Shown: positions 25,246-36,235 of the stretch, piece after piece
Layout: each line of letters begins with the position of its first letter
Position numbering within the stretch: the first letter of the stretch is position 1
Source: Chiloscyllium plagiosum
Taxonomy: Eukaryota
Direction: 5' to 3'
NCBI RefSeq assembly: GCF_004010195.1
Contig: NC_057718.1
Coordinates: 34,011,363 to 34,075,362, forward strand
Length of the DNA: 64,000 nt
Made by a program: the position numbers and the translations under genes
Notes under the pieces: model-generated
Seen by the model: only the letters and a program-made list of their open reading frames with translations
Told to the model about the DNA's origin: nothing
The model's database searches: none

Positions 25246-25299
25246 ATGTCTGCAACTCTTCTATCTGCTTTCTACGATATCAACGATTTCTTTTGCAAG
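25246..25299 (+). CDS. ZFP36L2: ZFP36L2 coding exon 1 (MSATLLSAFYDINDFFCK)
   Basis: Resembles the vertebrate ZFP36L2 N-terminus (human MSTTLLSAFYDVDFLCK, from memory); ends AAG|GTAAAA donor, phase 0; too short for the ORF track. Confidence 0.93.
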
Positions 25300-25493
25300 G
25301 TAAAACGGGAAAGGAAACGGATTTCTGAAAGTTGAGAGAGGGGAAAAGTTTTCCAAAAGTTCGGGGAGGGGGGCGGTGATAAACAACTTTACAAACGTGC
25401 CTCTCTGAATTGCATTCTTGTAACTCGTCCCTTTAAATGTTCGTGTTCTAATTGTTCTGTTTGCATTTTCTTTTTTTTTAAATGTATAAACAG
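25300..25493 (+). other. ZFP36L2: Single 194-nt GT-AG intron of ZFP36L2
   Basis: GT at 25300, polypyrimidine tract 25466-25479, CAG at 25491-25493; splicing joins ...FFCK|NEKSL... in frame. Confidence 0.92.
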
Positions 25494-26744
25494 AACGAAA
25501 AATCCCTCAACAACTACAATAACTTTAACAGTATGTTGGACAAGAAGGCAGTGGGGACCCCAGTAACAGACTTTGGGCCGGGATTTCTGAGGCGGCACTC
25601 GACCAGCAACTTGCAGGCGTTGGCGAACAACTCGTCCGCCAAGTATCCCAGTTCTTCTTTCCCCAACATCAAGGAGTCCAGCAGCACGGCCATGCTGAAC
25701 AAAGAGAACAAGTTCCGCGACCGCTCGTTCAGCGAGAGCGCCGAGCGCCAGCACCACCACCACCAGCAACAGCCGCCGCTCAGCCCATTGCATCTGGTCC
25801 AGCAGCAACAGCAGCAGCAGCAGAAAGCGGCGGCCGGCGGCCAAGTCAACTCCACCCGCTACAAGACCGAGCTGTGCCGGCCTTTCGAGGAGAGCGGCAC
25901 CTGTAAGTACGGCGACAAGTGCCAGTTCGCCCACGGCATGCACGAGTTGCGGAGCCTGACCCGCCACCCCAAGTACAAGACGGAGTTGTGCCGCACATTC
26001 CACACCATCGGCTTCTGCCCTTACGGACCCCGCTGCCACTTCATCCACAACGCCGAGGAGAGGAGGCAGGCGCCCTGCAACAACAACGCCATCAACTCTT
26101 TCCACCACCATCACCAGCAGCAGCATAGCGGAGGCCAGCACCAGCCCCGGCCCAAACTGCACCACAGCCTCAGCTTCTCCGGCTTCCCCAGCGGCTCCAG
26201 CGGAGTCGAGTCCCCGCTGCTGGAGAGCCCGACCTCCCGCACGCCGCCGCCGCCGCCTTGCTCCTCGTCGTCGTCGTCCTCCTCGTCCTCGTCCTCTTCC
26301 TCCTCGTCCTGCTCGTCCTCGTCCGGCTCCAACATGTTCTGCGAGGAGCTGCTGTCGCCCACACTGCCAGTGTGCGCCAACAACGCGTTCACCTTCTCCA
26401 GCCAGGAGCTGAGTAACCTGCTCACCCCGCTCGCCATCCAGACCCAGCAGCTCGCCGCCGGGGGAGCAGGAGCAGGCTACAGCCAGCAGCAGCAGCAGCA
26501 GCCCGCTAACGTCTGCCCCCCGTCTCCTCCTTACATCCTGAGCCAGATGCAGTCGTGCCTGCGGCGGCTGGCTGAGTCCCCGGTCTTCGATGCCCCGCCG
26601 AGCCCCCCTGATTCCCTCTCCGACCGGGAGAGCTACTTGAGCGGCTCGCTGAGTTCGGGCAGCCTGAGTGGCTCCGAGTCCCCGAGCATGGACCCGGGCA
26701 GGCGCCTCCCTATCTTCAGCAGGCTTTCCATTTCCGAAGATTGA
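25494..26744 (+). CDS. ZFP36L2: ZFP36L2 coding exon 2: mRNA decay activator (TIS11D/BRF2); 434 aa total with exon 1
   Basis: [10 protein letters not shown] and RRHS N-terminal domain; RDRSFSE; tandem CCCH fingers RYKTELC..CQFAH / KYKTELC..CHFIH at 25857-26048; LHHSLSF; C-terminal [14 protein letters not shown] (CNOT1-binding type motif); N-terminus and FEESGTC favour L2 over L1. Confidence 0.96.
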   Translation, partial: NEKSLNNYNNFNSMLDKKAVGTPVTDFGPGFLRRHSTSNLQALANNSSAKYPSSSFPNIKESSSTAMLNKENKFRDRSFSESAERQHHHHQQQPPLSPLHLVQQQQQQQQKAAAGGQVNSTRYKTELCRPFEESGTCKYGDKCQFAHGMHELRSLTRHPKYKTELCRTFHTIGFCPYGPRCHFIHNAEERRQAPCNNNAINSFHHHHQQQHSGGQHQPRPKLHHSLSFSGFPSGSSGVESPLLESPTSRTPPPPPCSSSSSSSSSSSSSSSSCSSSSGSNMFCEELLSPTLPVCANNAFTFSSQELSNLLTPLAIQTQQLAAGGAGAGYSQQQQQQPANVCPPSPPYILSQMQSCLRRLAESPVFDAPPSPPDSLSDRESYLSGSLSSGSLSGSESPSMDPGRRLPIFSRLSISED

Positions 26745-28305
26745 AGAGAGAGAGACACACACAGACAAACACACAAACTCCACTCTTTATTTAACATAAC
26801 TTTTATTTACGAATCGCAAACAACAGCAACAACAAAAGAAATCCTGCCAAGAAAATGCCTTCGTTAAGGAAACAAATATTACAGGACTTGCTTTTTTTGC
26901 CTTGTTTAAGAAAAACTTCATTCCAAACTTTGTTGCAAGTTGATCTATTTTCCATTGCCACCTAGTGGCCTGTTTGCCTTTATAGAGAAGAGAACTGTGT
27001 TGCAGATTTTTTTTCGTCGAGCACTCGTTCGTTGAGTTAGTTGTAATTGTTGAAATAACTGCTGATTGTTAAATTTTTTTTAGCTGTTGAGTTGTTGTGA
27101 TAGCACATCGCAGCACAACTCGCTATAAAACTATTTAACTTATTTATTATCTCAAGAAAGTATACATTGGTAATTTGTTCATACTGTATTTATCGCGTAT
27201 GATGAAAACAATAGATATATATTCTTTTATTATGTTTAAATTATGATTGCCATTATTAATCTGCAGAATGTGGAGTGTGTTCTTTTCACAGTAATATATG
27301 CCGTTTTTGTTTTGTAACTCACTTGGTTATTTTGTAAATGATAAAATCTTAATTTAAGAGATTGTATGTAATATTTATTTCATTAATTTTTTTTCCTTGT
27401 TTACGAAATGGACGATTGCATGGTTTCTGTTCTAGAAATCAGTTCTTGATGCTGTGGAAGTAGTTAGGATTGAAGATGGTAGGCATTTTTATAAGAATGT
27501 AATGTAACGGGATGTTAGACCGTCCAAAGTCAGTGGTTAAAACTTCAAGTATCAGACTTTCATGTGGCATTCTTAAGTCAAAGTGGCATCATAAGTTTGT
27601 TTTTTTTTGTTGTATAAATGACACTGTGATATTTTTAAAAATAAAACAATAAAGAGCCAAAATATGTAGCACCCTGGACCCAGTATTATATTGACAGTGC
27701 CTTCAGGGTCCAGTTGCAGACAGAGTTCTTATTTTTTCTTAACCAAAATAACAAGCTCAAGTTTCAGAACAAACACGCATTCCCTTTAAAAGTATTTTTT
27801 TTTATAATTGGGGGATGTCAGTTCTCTGAATGTAATAGTTTTGGAGGTGAACTTAATATGTGTAAAGCAACCTATCTTCCCAGAGAGAGGCAGATGGGAA
27901 TGATGGACATTGCCACCACTTTGATTAGTGAGGGGCCACCTCTAGGTCTGAACAGTTTTTTTTGCAGTAAATCTGAAATGTCGAAAATGGAACTCTGCTT
28001 TTGGGTTTTTGTTTTTTTTCTGGGATTTACTATTAAACAAAAAATGGAAAAAAAAACTTCATTTTCCAAGACAGTGGGTGAATGATGGTAGGTTTAGTTT
28101 GTACATAGTAGGTACAGATAATGAGCACTATGTACTCTCTTTTGACTACTTTAACAGAAGTATCCTTTGAATGTAACAAAAGGAAAAAAAAACTTGTTTA
28201 AAATACTTGGGGTGTCAGTTCACTACAGATTAAGTGTGAGACTGTAAAATTTGTACTGTAAATTTTTTGTAGTTCTCCCAATAAAATCATTTTTGAAGAA
28301 AGGTG
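26745..28305 (+). other. ZFP36L2: ZFP36L2 3'UTR (AU-rich; end inferred from the poly(A) signal)
   Basis: U-rich, no recognisable repeats, several AUUUA/UAUUUAU motifs, AATAAA at 28280 with GU/U-rich sequence downstream. Confidence 0.75.
28280..28285 (+). terminator. Probable main polyadenylation signal
   Basis: AATAAA preceded by several TGTA motifs (28243-28271) and followed by GTTGTGTAGTGTCCTTTT. Confidence 0.7.
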
Positions 28306-31300
28306 AGTTGTGTAGTGTCCTTTTGGATGTGTGAAACAAACGTTTTTTGACAATAGTTTGGGGTTTCTTTTTGTATTTTAAACATGTGGTGAGGTGCCTT
28401 GGATTTGGATGGCAACCTACAGTTGAGTGGGGAGAAATCAGTGCCCCACCCAATCTTTAATTGTGGGAGGCAGAGTTTTACATAACACTTCCAGCTGATT
28501 GCTTTGGAATTATCTTTTTACTTAAAAAGGAGATGAAGTTCATGCACACCTCCTGCTGTTTCACCTCCCTTCTATGGCATATAAGTTATTACAAATAAAG
28601 TTTTTGTAGCATGCACAGCCAAAATGACTATCAAATACCATTTAAAGACCGCCTTAAAATATAAATAGTAACTAATTCTTATGTGTTGTAACTAAACAAT
28701 TGTGGTTACGTGGATGGGTAATCAAAAGTATCATGTCTATGAAACTGCCCTGTCAGTAAAAAGGGCAACTCACAATAGAAATGGATAACAGAGCTGTAAG
28801 TAAATATGAGCTGTCTTTACTTTGAATCTCCCAGAGAAAAAACCTTACAATCTGTGTACAGTAGAAGGCCATCATGACAACCTACTAAATTGTGTTTTTC
28901 TAATCTAAGAATAGTTATCAGCTGTCCCCTTTTCTTGGGAGTGGAGTTAATTGGAGTACCCTGTCAGCAGCATCAATCAGTGATTAGAAAGTACTGAAGT
29001 CTAAGTTATCTGGAATAAGTTTAAGTAACCTGTTACAGCCACTACTTGCAACTAAAGTACCTTTGAGTGCAAAATGGATAAAACTTGCCTTTTGGGTCTT
29101 CGTGCTTCACCTCTGCTTACTTCCTTAGAAATTTGAAAAGTGCATTAGTTCATGTCCTTTTTCACTGTGTACAACACTAGACTGGCAGTACTTTTCAGAC
29201 TGCCTCCAAGCCAGTGCTTACTTTGTACATAGAGTATGTGTAAAAGATTGAAATTTCAAGTGAATCTGTAATATAGCTGTTCTTTTCACTTAACTACAAA
29301 CCTCAAAACTCGAAAGAGCAATACAGGTATTGTTTTCCCTCAGGCATATTTTTACAAATGGAACACAAGGTGACTGCTAGAATGTGTACACTAAATTCTT
29401 AAATTTTGCCATTTTTAATCAAGCTTTTAGGTTTTCTGGCCTAGTATATGTTTGCTCACTGACATTTTATAATAATACAGTGAAATGACTGGGCATTACA
29501 TTGCTGCATAAGTACAAGCTGCTGCTGATTACATTTCTGATCCAACAATGTAGAGGGTTGCAAGTGGATCATTTACTTGCACCCCTAAATGAGGTTTAAT
29601 TAGGAGATATTATCTTCAGTTATTAAGTCAACTACTTTGTCTTGTGAATCAATCAACTTGCAATGTGAATGTGTAGGAGGTGATAGTTGCTCAGAATTAG
29701 TGGCTTTTTGGATGGAACCATCTGAATGAGGATATAACTGCCATGTAATGCATCTAAAGTTGGAGTGATCCAATCAGGATGAAATGTTACTTTGATCAGT
29801 TATTAATCCAAAAGCCTACCAAATGAATGCATTAATAAAATGCTGGAGAAACTCAGAAGGCCTGGCAGCATCTGTGAAAAAAGAAACAATCTTTGAAGTC
29901 CAATGATCCAAGTTTTCAATCTGAGGAGTCATTAGACTCGATGTTCACTCTGTTCGTGAGATACTGAAAGGTTAAGAGTTAAACCAATATTAACCAAAAG
30001 CTAAAACAATATTGCATTGTACCTTGGATTTAATACAGAAATTAAGATATTGCTATCATTTCCATGTGGCAATAATTCAGGCTTATAACTTTACACGTGA
30101 TAATATTTCTACATGGGATATTTGTTATTCCCAAGCATGTGTAGCATACATTATTTAAAAGTGTGACACCTCTTCTTGTTCTTCTGCATAATATTTCATT
30201 ATGTTTGCTATATCATGTCTTATTTTCACATAGATGTAATACCGTCCTTTGTTGCCATCAATAAATCATGTCACCCTTTGCCTGAAGATAATGCTTGAGT
30301 TTGGCTTGGCAAAGAAGTACAGTTAAATCCAAGGTCCTTCTGTTCAGCCCTTTTAAATATACTGTGCTCATTGAATCTTCATAATTTTAACCCTTTTTGT
30401 TCACTCTGATATTTCAATGATGATCTGTACATTTCTAATATGAAATACTGAAAAGACAGTAACAGATTTATTTACAGTAACAGATCTTACTGGAGGTTAG
30501 ATCCAAAGCTCTGCTGTCCTTGTCCTAACATACCAATTCTTGTACACCCACCACCTCAGGCAAATTACTTGGATTACAAAGGATATATGGTGCAGTAACA
30601 GGCCAATGGGCTCAACAAGTCTATGTAGTGCTATTGCTCCATTCTAGTCTCCTGTTTTCTATCTCAATCTATCATTGTACCCATATATCACATCTTCCTC
30701 AAATGTCTGGTTAACTTCCCATTAAACTTATCTACTTTTTTCTTCTTTGGGGTAACATATTTCATATTCTTGCCCTTGTTACACTCTGCCCTATGGGAAG
30801 AAACATTCTAAATCCTCTACCAAAGCATGTCATAACTGAAGTATTGATAATTGGCCACTCCTCACATCTGTAAACTCGTAAAATTCTAAATCTTGTTTTT
30901 AAACATCTACATGGCCTTGCCAGCAAGTACTCTGCACGTTTCTAATTCTGGTTTTTTCATGTTTTCGCCCCATTTTAATAAGTCCATCATTGGTGTGTAT
31001 ATCTTCAACTGCCTGGGCCTGAGCTCTATCTTTCTTTCAAAATGCCATAAGAAACTCAATCTTTGTTAATTCTCCTGATGCACCTTGAGACCATCTTACT
31101 ATGTTGAAGGTGCTAAATAAAAGGTAGTTATGGGAAGAAAGGACCCTCACTGGTAAGCACTTTGAACAAATTGCCTCAGAAAACCAATAAATTCTCACAC
31201 TGTTTATGAAAATACATTTGGAACGAGATTTTTTATAAAACTTGGACCTCTTGCAGTACAATGAATGTACCCTGTGAAACTTTTTGAAAGCTCATCAAAA

Positions 31301-32109
31301 AAGTAGAATTGAATTCTTGGTGGTGAAACAAATTTTTAGTCTGAGGAGTTTTGGCTCCGTGGGTGAATTTACATCATAATGTGGTACTCTGCCACAGGGA
31401 TCCTGAAGTTCCCAGTCAAGCTTCAGTGCTCATGGATTAGAAATGGAAAAAAAAAGTCAGTGTTGGCATTCCTTAATAGCATTCCAGCAACCTCTCATGG
31501 AAGTACATGTGCAAGCCAGGTGAGGACAGGGATAACCTGCAAACACTCACAATCCAGACTCTGATGTGCAAAAAGTATCCAAGGGTTCTTGTTGTAGCAT
31601 GATTCATCACGTAATGAAGAGGAAAGGTAATTGGATGAGGGGATAAAAAAAGCTATGTTGTACAACAAATATTTTCTCAGCCTGAAAGGTACACATATGT
31701 CTTCAATTCTGTTTGAAAAAAGTACCTTGATAAATAAGAGAGCTCCATAAATCCGAAGATAGGTTCAAATCACACAAGAATTGTGTATTGTATATCTAGC
31801 TGTATTAGTTACATCTTCAGTATTATATTTTTAACTAAAATGGATTATTCTTGGGTGGAAGGACTGGTTGATCAACTTGAAGTTCATTTCTTATTATTTC
31901 TTCATACAATAGTATCTCGATGAGTGTATTTATGTTAGCTATTATCATTTTGCAGCATTAAAAATTATCGTGGACCTTCAGTGGGTTCACATATCTGTTA
32001 ATTTTTATTTTTTAATTGAATTTGATACAAAGCATTCAATTTTAATTTTTCTCCTGTTTCATTTCTATAAACATTTATAAAACCCTGTTAAATGGGTGGG
32101 AAAACTGTA

Positions 32110-32826
32110 GCAAATTGGGCAGTACTTATACAATTAATGGGAGGGACCTGGGTAATTTTGTCAAACAGAGACCCAGTGGTTCAGGTACATAGTTCTTTGA
32201 AAGTTGCGTCACAAATAGACAGAGTGGTTAAGTAGGCAGTTAGCACACTTGCATTAATTGCTCAGACCATTATGAACAGGAGTTGGGATATAATGTTGAG
32301 GTTGTACAGGACGTTGGTGAAGCCACTTTTGGGGTAGTCTGTATAGTCCTGGTTTTTATAGAAAGGATATTATTAAACTGGAGTAGTTCACAAAAGATTT
32401 ACCAGGATGTTACCAGGACTTGAGGGTTTGAGTTATAAGGGTAGGCTGGGACTTTTTTCACTGGAGTGCAGGGGGTGGAGGGTTGATCTTATAAAGATTA
32501 ATAAAATTATGAGGGGCGTGGCTAAAGTGAATAGCAAAGGTCTTTTTGCAAGCATAGGAGAGTTCAAGAAAAGGGCATATTTTTAAGGTGAAAGGCGAAT
32601 GATTTAAAAGAGACCTGAGGGATAACATTTTTGCGCAGAGGTTGGTTCGTGTGTGGAATGAACTGTCAGATGAAGTGGTAGATTTCAAAGACATTTGGAT
32701 AGATACGTGAAAGGTTTAGAGGGATTTGGGCCAAACACAGGCAAGTGGGACTAGTTTAGTTTGGGAAACTTAATCAGTATGGACAAGTTGAACCGAAGGG
32801 TTTGTTGTATGATTCTATGACTCTAT
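32110..32826 (+). mobile_element. CR1/HER1 3' fragment
   Basis: Similar to 1430-2160; tail TATGATTCTATGACTCTA. Confidence 0.85.
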
Positions 32827-33119
32827 TTAATTTATACAAATTCACTGCTCTCAAAGAATTTCCACAAATAATAGAATCTAAGCTGTTCATGCAATTTTAA
32901 GTGAAAATAAACGAATAAAGCCAATATATGGTTCTTACTCATCTCCTGCTGAAGTTACAGCAATTCCTCTTCTTACTGTCAAGCTCAGATATCAAGACGA
33001 TCACTTTCTGGGAGATGGATGTCATCAGTGGAAACCCAAACCCATGAGACAGTGTCATGAGGAGAGGAAGTTGAAAAAGTGAATAGTGTGACTATTGGCT
33101 TATCTGCTGTTGGTGCCTT

Positions 33120-33640
33120 TTCCTACCTCTGGTCTTGACTATTGTAACACTATCCTGCCAAGCCTTCTATTTTCCATTCTCCGGAACCTTGAGGTTATTA
33201 AAATGCTGTTAACAGAATCCTAACTCACTTAAAATCAGATTCAACAGTATACCCTCTTCTCATCGCTTACATTGGTTTCTTTACTTTTAAAATTCTCATT
33301 CCTCTACGGTCTTATCCCCCTCTCTCACCCATTCTCGGTCATCTCCTCCAGCCCTATGAGCCTTTAGGGGTTCTGGTTTTCACCTATTCTGGCTTCATAC
33401 ACATTCCTCAGTTTAATTGCTTCACCTTTGGTGGCTGTTCATTGTGTTGCCTGAGCTTTAAGCTCTGGGTTCGCTCCTTTGGCTCCTCTACTGTTTCCTC
33501 CATTAAGATGTTTCTTGACAAAGCTAATGCCTTCTTTATGGTGATCCCCTGATGCATCTTGATCAAATTTTATTTGATAATATTCCTTTGAAGTGCTTTG
33601 TGATGTTTAACATGTTAAAGATGCTAAATGAATATATAAG
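33120..33640 (+). mobile_element. Old L2-like LINE 3' remnant
   Basis: CTTGACTATTGTAAC (LDYCN), TTACATTGG..TTTTAAAATTCTC (LHW..FKIL), L2-like end TGTTAAAGATGCTAAATGAAT. Confidence 0.5.
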
Positions 33641-33959
33641 AATGTTGTAATTGTATTACCTATCGAGTTTTATGGAGAGTTGCTGAACATTGCAGTTAAT
33701 GGATAAGTTATTAGTTATTTTTTTTTGTTTCATAAAAGTGAATTAGCCAGAAATAATGTTTAGAAAATAAAAGTTGTTGGCATTGCTTTCTGGATCGATA
33801 TCTGTAATTTGCAGGTTTGAAATGACAATCGATACAGGGGCTACAGAAAGTGTAGAAATGCAGTAGCAAAGTGGGATTTCATCATCAGGACATTGTCATA
33901 GAGAGTGATGCCATACAGAATGTTCACCCCCTCAAACCAGCATAAGAGAATCACTGAGG

Positions 33960-34690
33960 TGGCACAGAAAATTCTGCGAGGAGAAGGAAAAGAACCAAAA
34001 CCAGTTGTCCATGTCAGAACCAGCAACACATAATTAAAGTGCTGCAGTCAGTGTTTAAGGAGCTTGGGAGGAAGTTAAAAAGCATTATCTCAAAAATAGT
34101 AATTTATATATTATTCGTGCCATACAATGGCATCAATGAGTACAGAAATAAATAGAAATTAATGTGTGCTTAATGTGTGGTTAAGACACTTGGCTCAGGA
34201 GGGATAACTTCATAGAGCTGGTTCAAGTGTATAGCGGGTTTACACAAGGGGTATCCAGCATCTAGATTAGAATAGATTAGATTACATTACATTACATTAC
34301 AGTGTGGAAACAGGCCCTTCGGCCCAACAAGGCCACACCGACCTGCCGAAGCGCAACCCACCCATACCCCTACATTTACCCCTGCGCCTAACACTACAGG
34401 CAATTTAGTGTGGCCAATTCACCTAACCTGCACATTTTTGGAGTGTGGGAGGAAACCGGAGGAAACCCACGCAGACACGGGGAGAATGTGCAAACTCCAC
34501 ACAGTCAGTCGCCTGAGTCAGGAATTGAACCCGGGTTTCTGGCGCTGTGAGGCAGCAGTGCTAACCACTGTGCCACCGTGCCGCCCGTTCTAGACAGAGC
34601 TTAAAGTACTAGGAGAGCTTGAAGTACTGTCAACTGGCACATTAATTGGGAGGAAGGGACTATATGGATTTAACAGGGTTTGAACACCAA
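33960..34690 (+). mobile_element. Decayed CR1 ORF1 (SGNH esterase-like) remnant interrupted by an HE1 SINE
   Basis: PVVHVRTSN-like motif near 34000; similarity to 36240-36460. Confidence 0.5.
34263..34586 (-). mobile_element. HE1-type tRNA-derived SINE, full length
   Basis: Reverse complement highly similar to 45496-45841; (TAATG)n/(TAATC)n tail. Confidence 0.92.
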
Positions 34691-34764
34691 GGTGTAGCAA
34701 TACGAAGTAGAAACAAAATGTACAGAGTACTGGGAGAGAGAACGCAAGAAATAATGTAGAATTA

Positions 34765-35172
34765 GGTGGGGTCAGTTGGGAGTTTAGAAGAATGAAGGGG
34801 ATCTTATACAACCCTTAAAAATTCAAACAGGACTAATCAAGGTAAACACAGGAAGGAAGTTCCCAATGACCAGGGCATCCTGTACCAGAGATCACAGTCA
34901 CCAGGTAGGGGATTTGGGACAGATATGAGCTGAAATTTCTTCACCGAGAAAGTGATAAGCCTGTGGAATTCTCTGTACAGAAAGCAGTTGATGCCAAAAC
35001 TTTGAATCTTTTCAAGAAGAAGATAGGTATACTTCTCAAGTCTAAAGAGATCAATGGATATGGAGCGAAAGTGGGAACAGGGTACCATGGTGATGATGAT
35101 GATAGTGAATGGCAGAGGAAGCTTGAAGGCCTGGATGGTGTACACTTGCTTTTATTTTCGATGTTTCTGTCA
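34765..35172 (+). mobile_element. CR1-type 3' fragment
   Basis: FFTEKVISLWNSL..KAVDAKTLNLFKKKIG..GYG; tail TTTTCGATGTTTCT. Confidence 0.7.
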
Positions 35173-35462
35173 TAGCAAATACAAGGAAGGATAAATTAGT
35201 TTCGAAGGGCATGTGCGTGAATGCTTGAAATGTTGTTTATAAAATTATCCATTTGCAGGCACAAGTAGCCTTATTGAAATATGTCATGGTAGTAATAACT
35301 GAAACCTTGCTCAAAAAAGGGGAGGCATGCATGGTTATTATTCCTGGATACAAGTCATTCAGGAAATTATGAAGGAAAACTAGTGCAAAATATAAAAATG
35401 GATAGAGAAAGTTTCTGTAAGTATTTAAAAAGGGAGAGAGTAGCTAAAGTGAGTGAGCCTCT

Positions 35463-35578
35463 TTCCTGATGAAGGGCTTATGCCTGAAACATCGACGCTC
35501 CCACTCCTCAAATGCTGTGCTTTTCCAACATCACACTCTCGACTCAAATCTCCAGCATCTGCAATCCTCACTTTCTCC
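35463..35578 (+). mobile_element. Solo Penelope-like pLTR with hammerhead-like core (35466-35493)
   Basis: CTGATGAAGGGCTTATGCCTGAAACATC...ATCTCCAGCATCTGCAATCCTCACTTTCTCC. Confidence 0.8.
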
Positions 35579-36235
35579 TAGTTTGTCCCTTGGAGGACGA
35601 GACTGTGGAGCAGCGAGTAGGGAACACAGAAAGGGGGAGTAATTTCATCAATTATTGTCTTAATTCCACGATGGAGCACACCCGTATCATCCCAATAGTA
35701 CAGGTGATGCAAAAATTACAGAAAGGGAGAAACATAGAATAACCATCATCACCAAGGAAAAGGTACTGTCAAAATATTGAGATTGAAGGTAGACAACTCC
35801 TCAGGGCCTAATGGCCTACATCCTCGAGTCATAAAGGAAGGTAGCACCAGAGATAGGTATACACCGATCAAAATATTCCAAAATTCCTTAGATGTGGGGA
35901 AGGATCCAGTGGATTGGAAAGAATGCTATTATAAAACCTTTCTTCAAAAAGTGAGGGAGTCAGAAAGTAGGAAACTATACATCACTAAGTTTAACATCTA
36001 CTGTTGGGAAATTGTTAGAATCCATTATTAAGGAAGCAGCATTAGGATAGTTGGAAAGTCAAAATACAATCTATCAGAGTCAGCATGGTCTTTTATGATG
36101 GATAAGTCGTATTTGACTAATTTGATAGAGGTTTTTGAAGATATAACAAGTGGATAATGGAGATCCTGTAGGTATATTACATCAGGATTCCAGAAGGCAT
36201 TTAATAAGGTGCCACACAAAAGGTTAATATATAAG

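Noticed and set aside
25482..25493. MYKQ as the N-terminus of the protein (ORF-track start)
   Set aside because: Lies in the intron before the CAG acceptor; the family-typical N-terminus is in exon 1 at 25246-25299
25389..26783. 464-aa minus-strand ORF and other ORFs overlapping ZFP36L2
   Set aside because: Shadow frames of a GC-rich CDS with strong third-position bias; low complexity, non-ATG start, no recognisable domain
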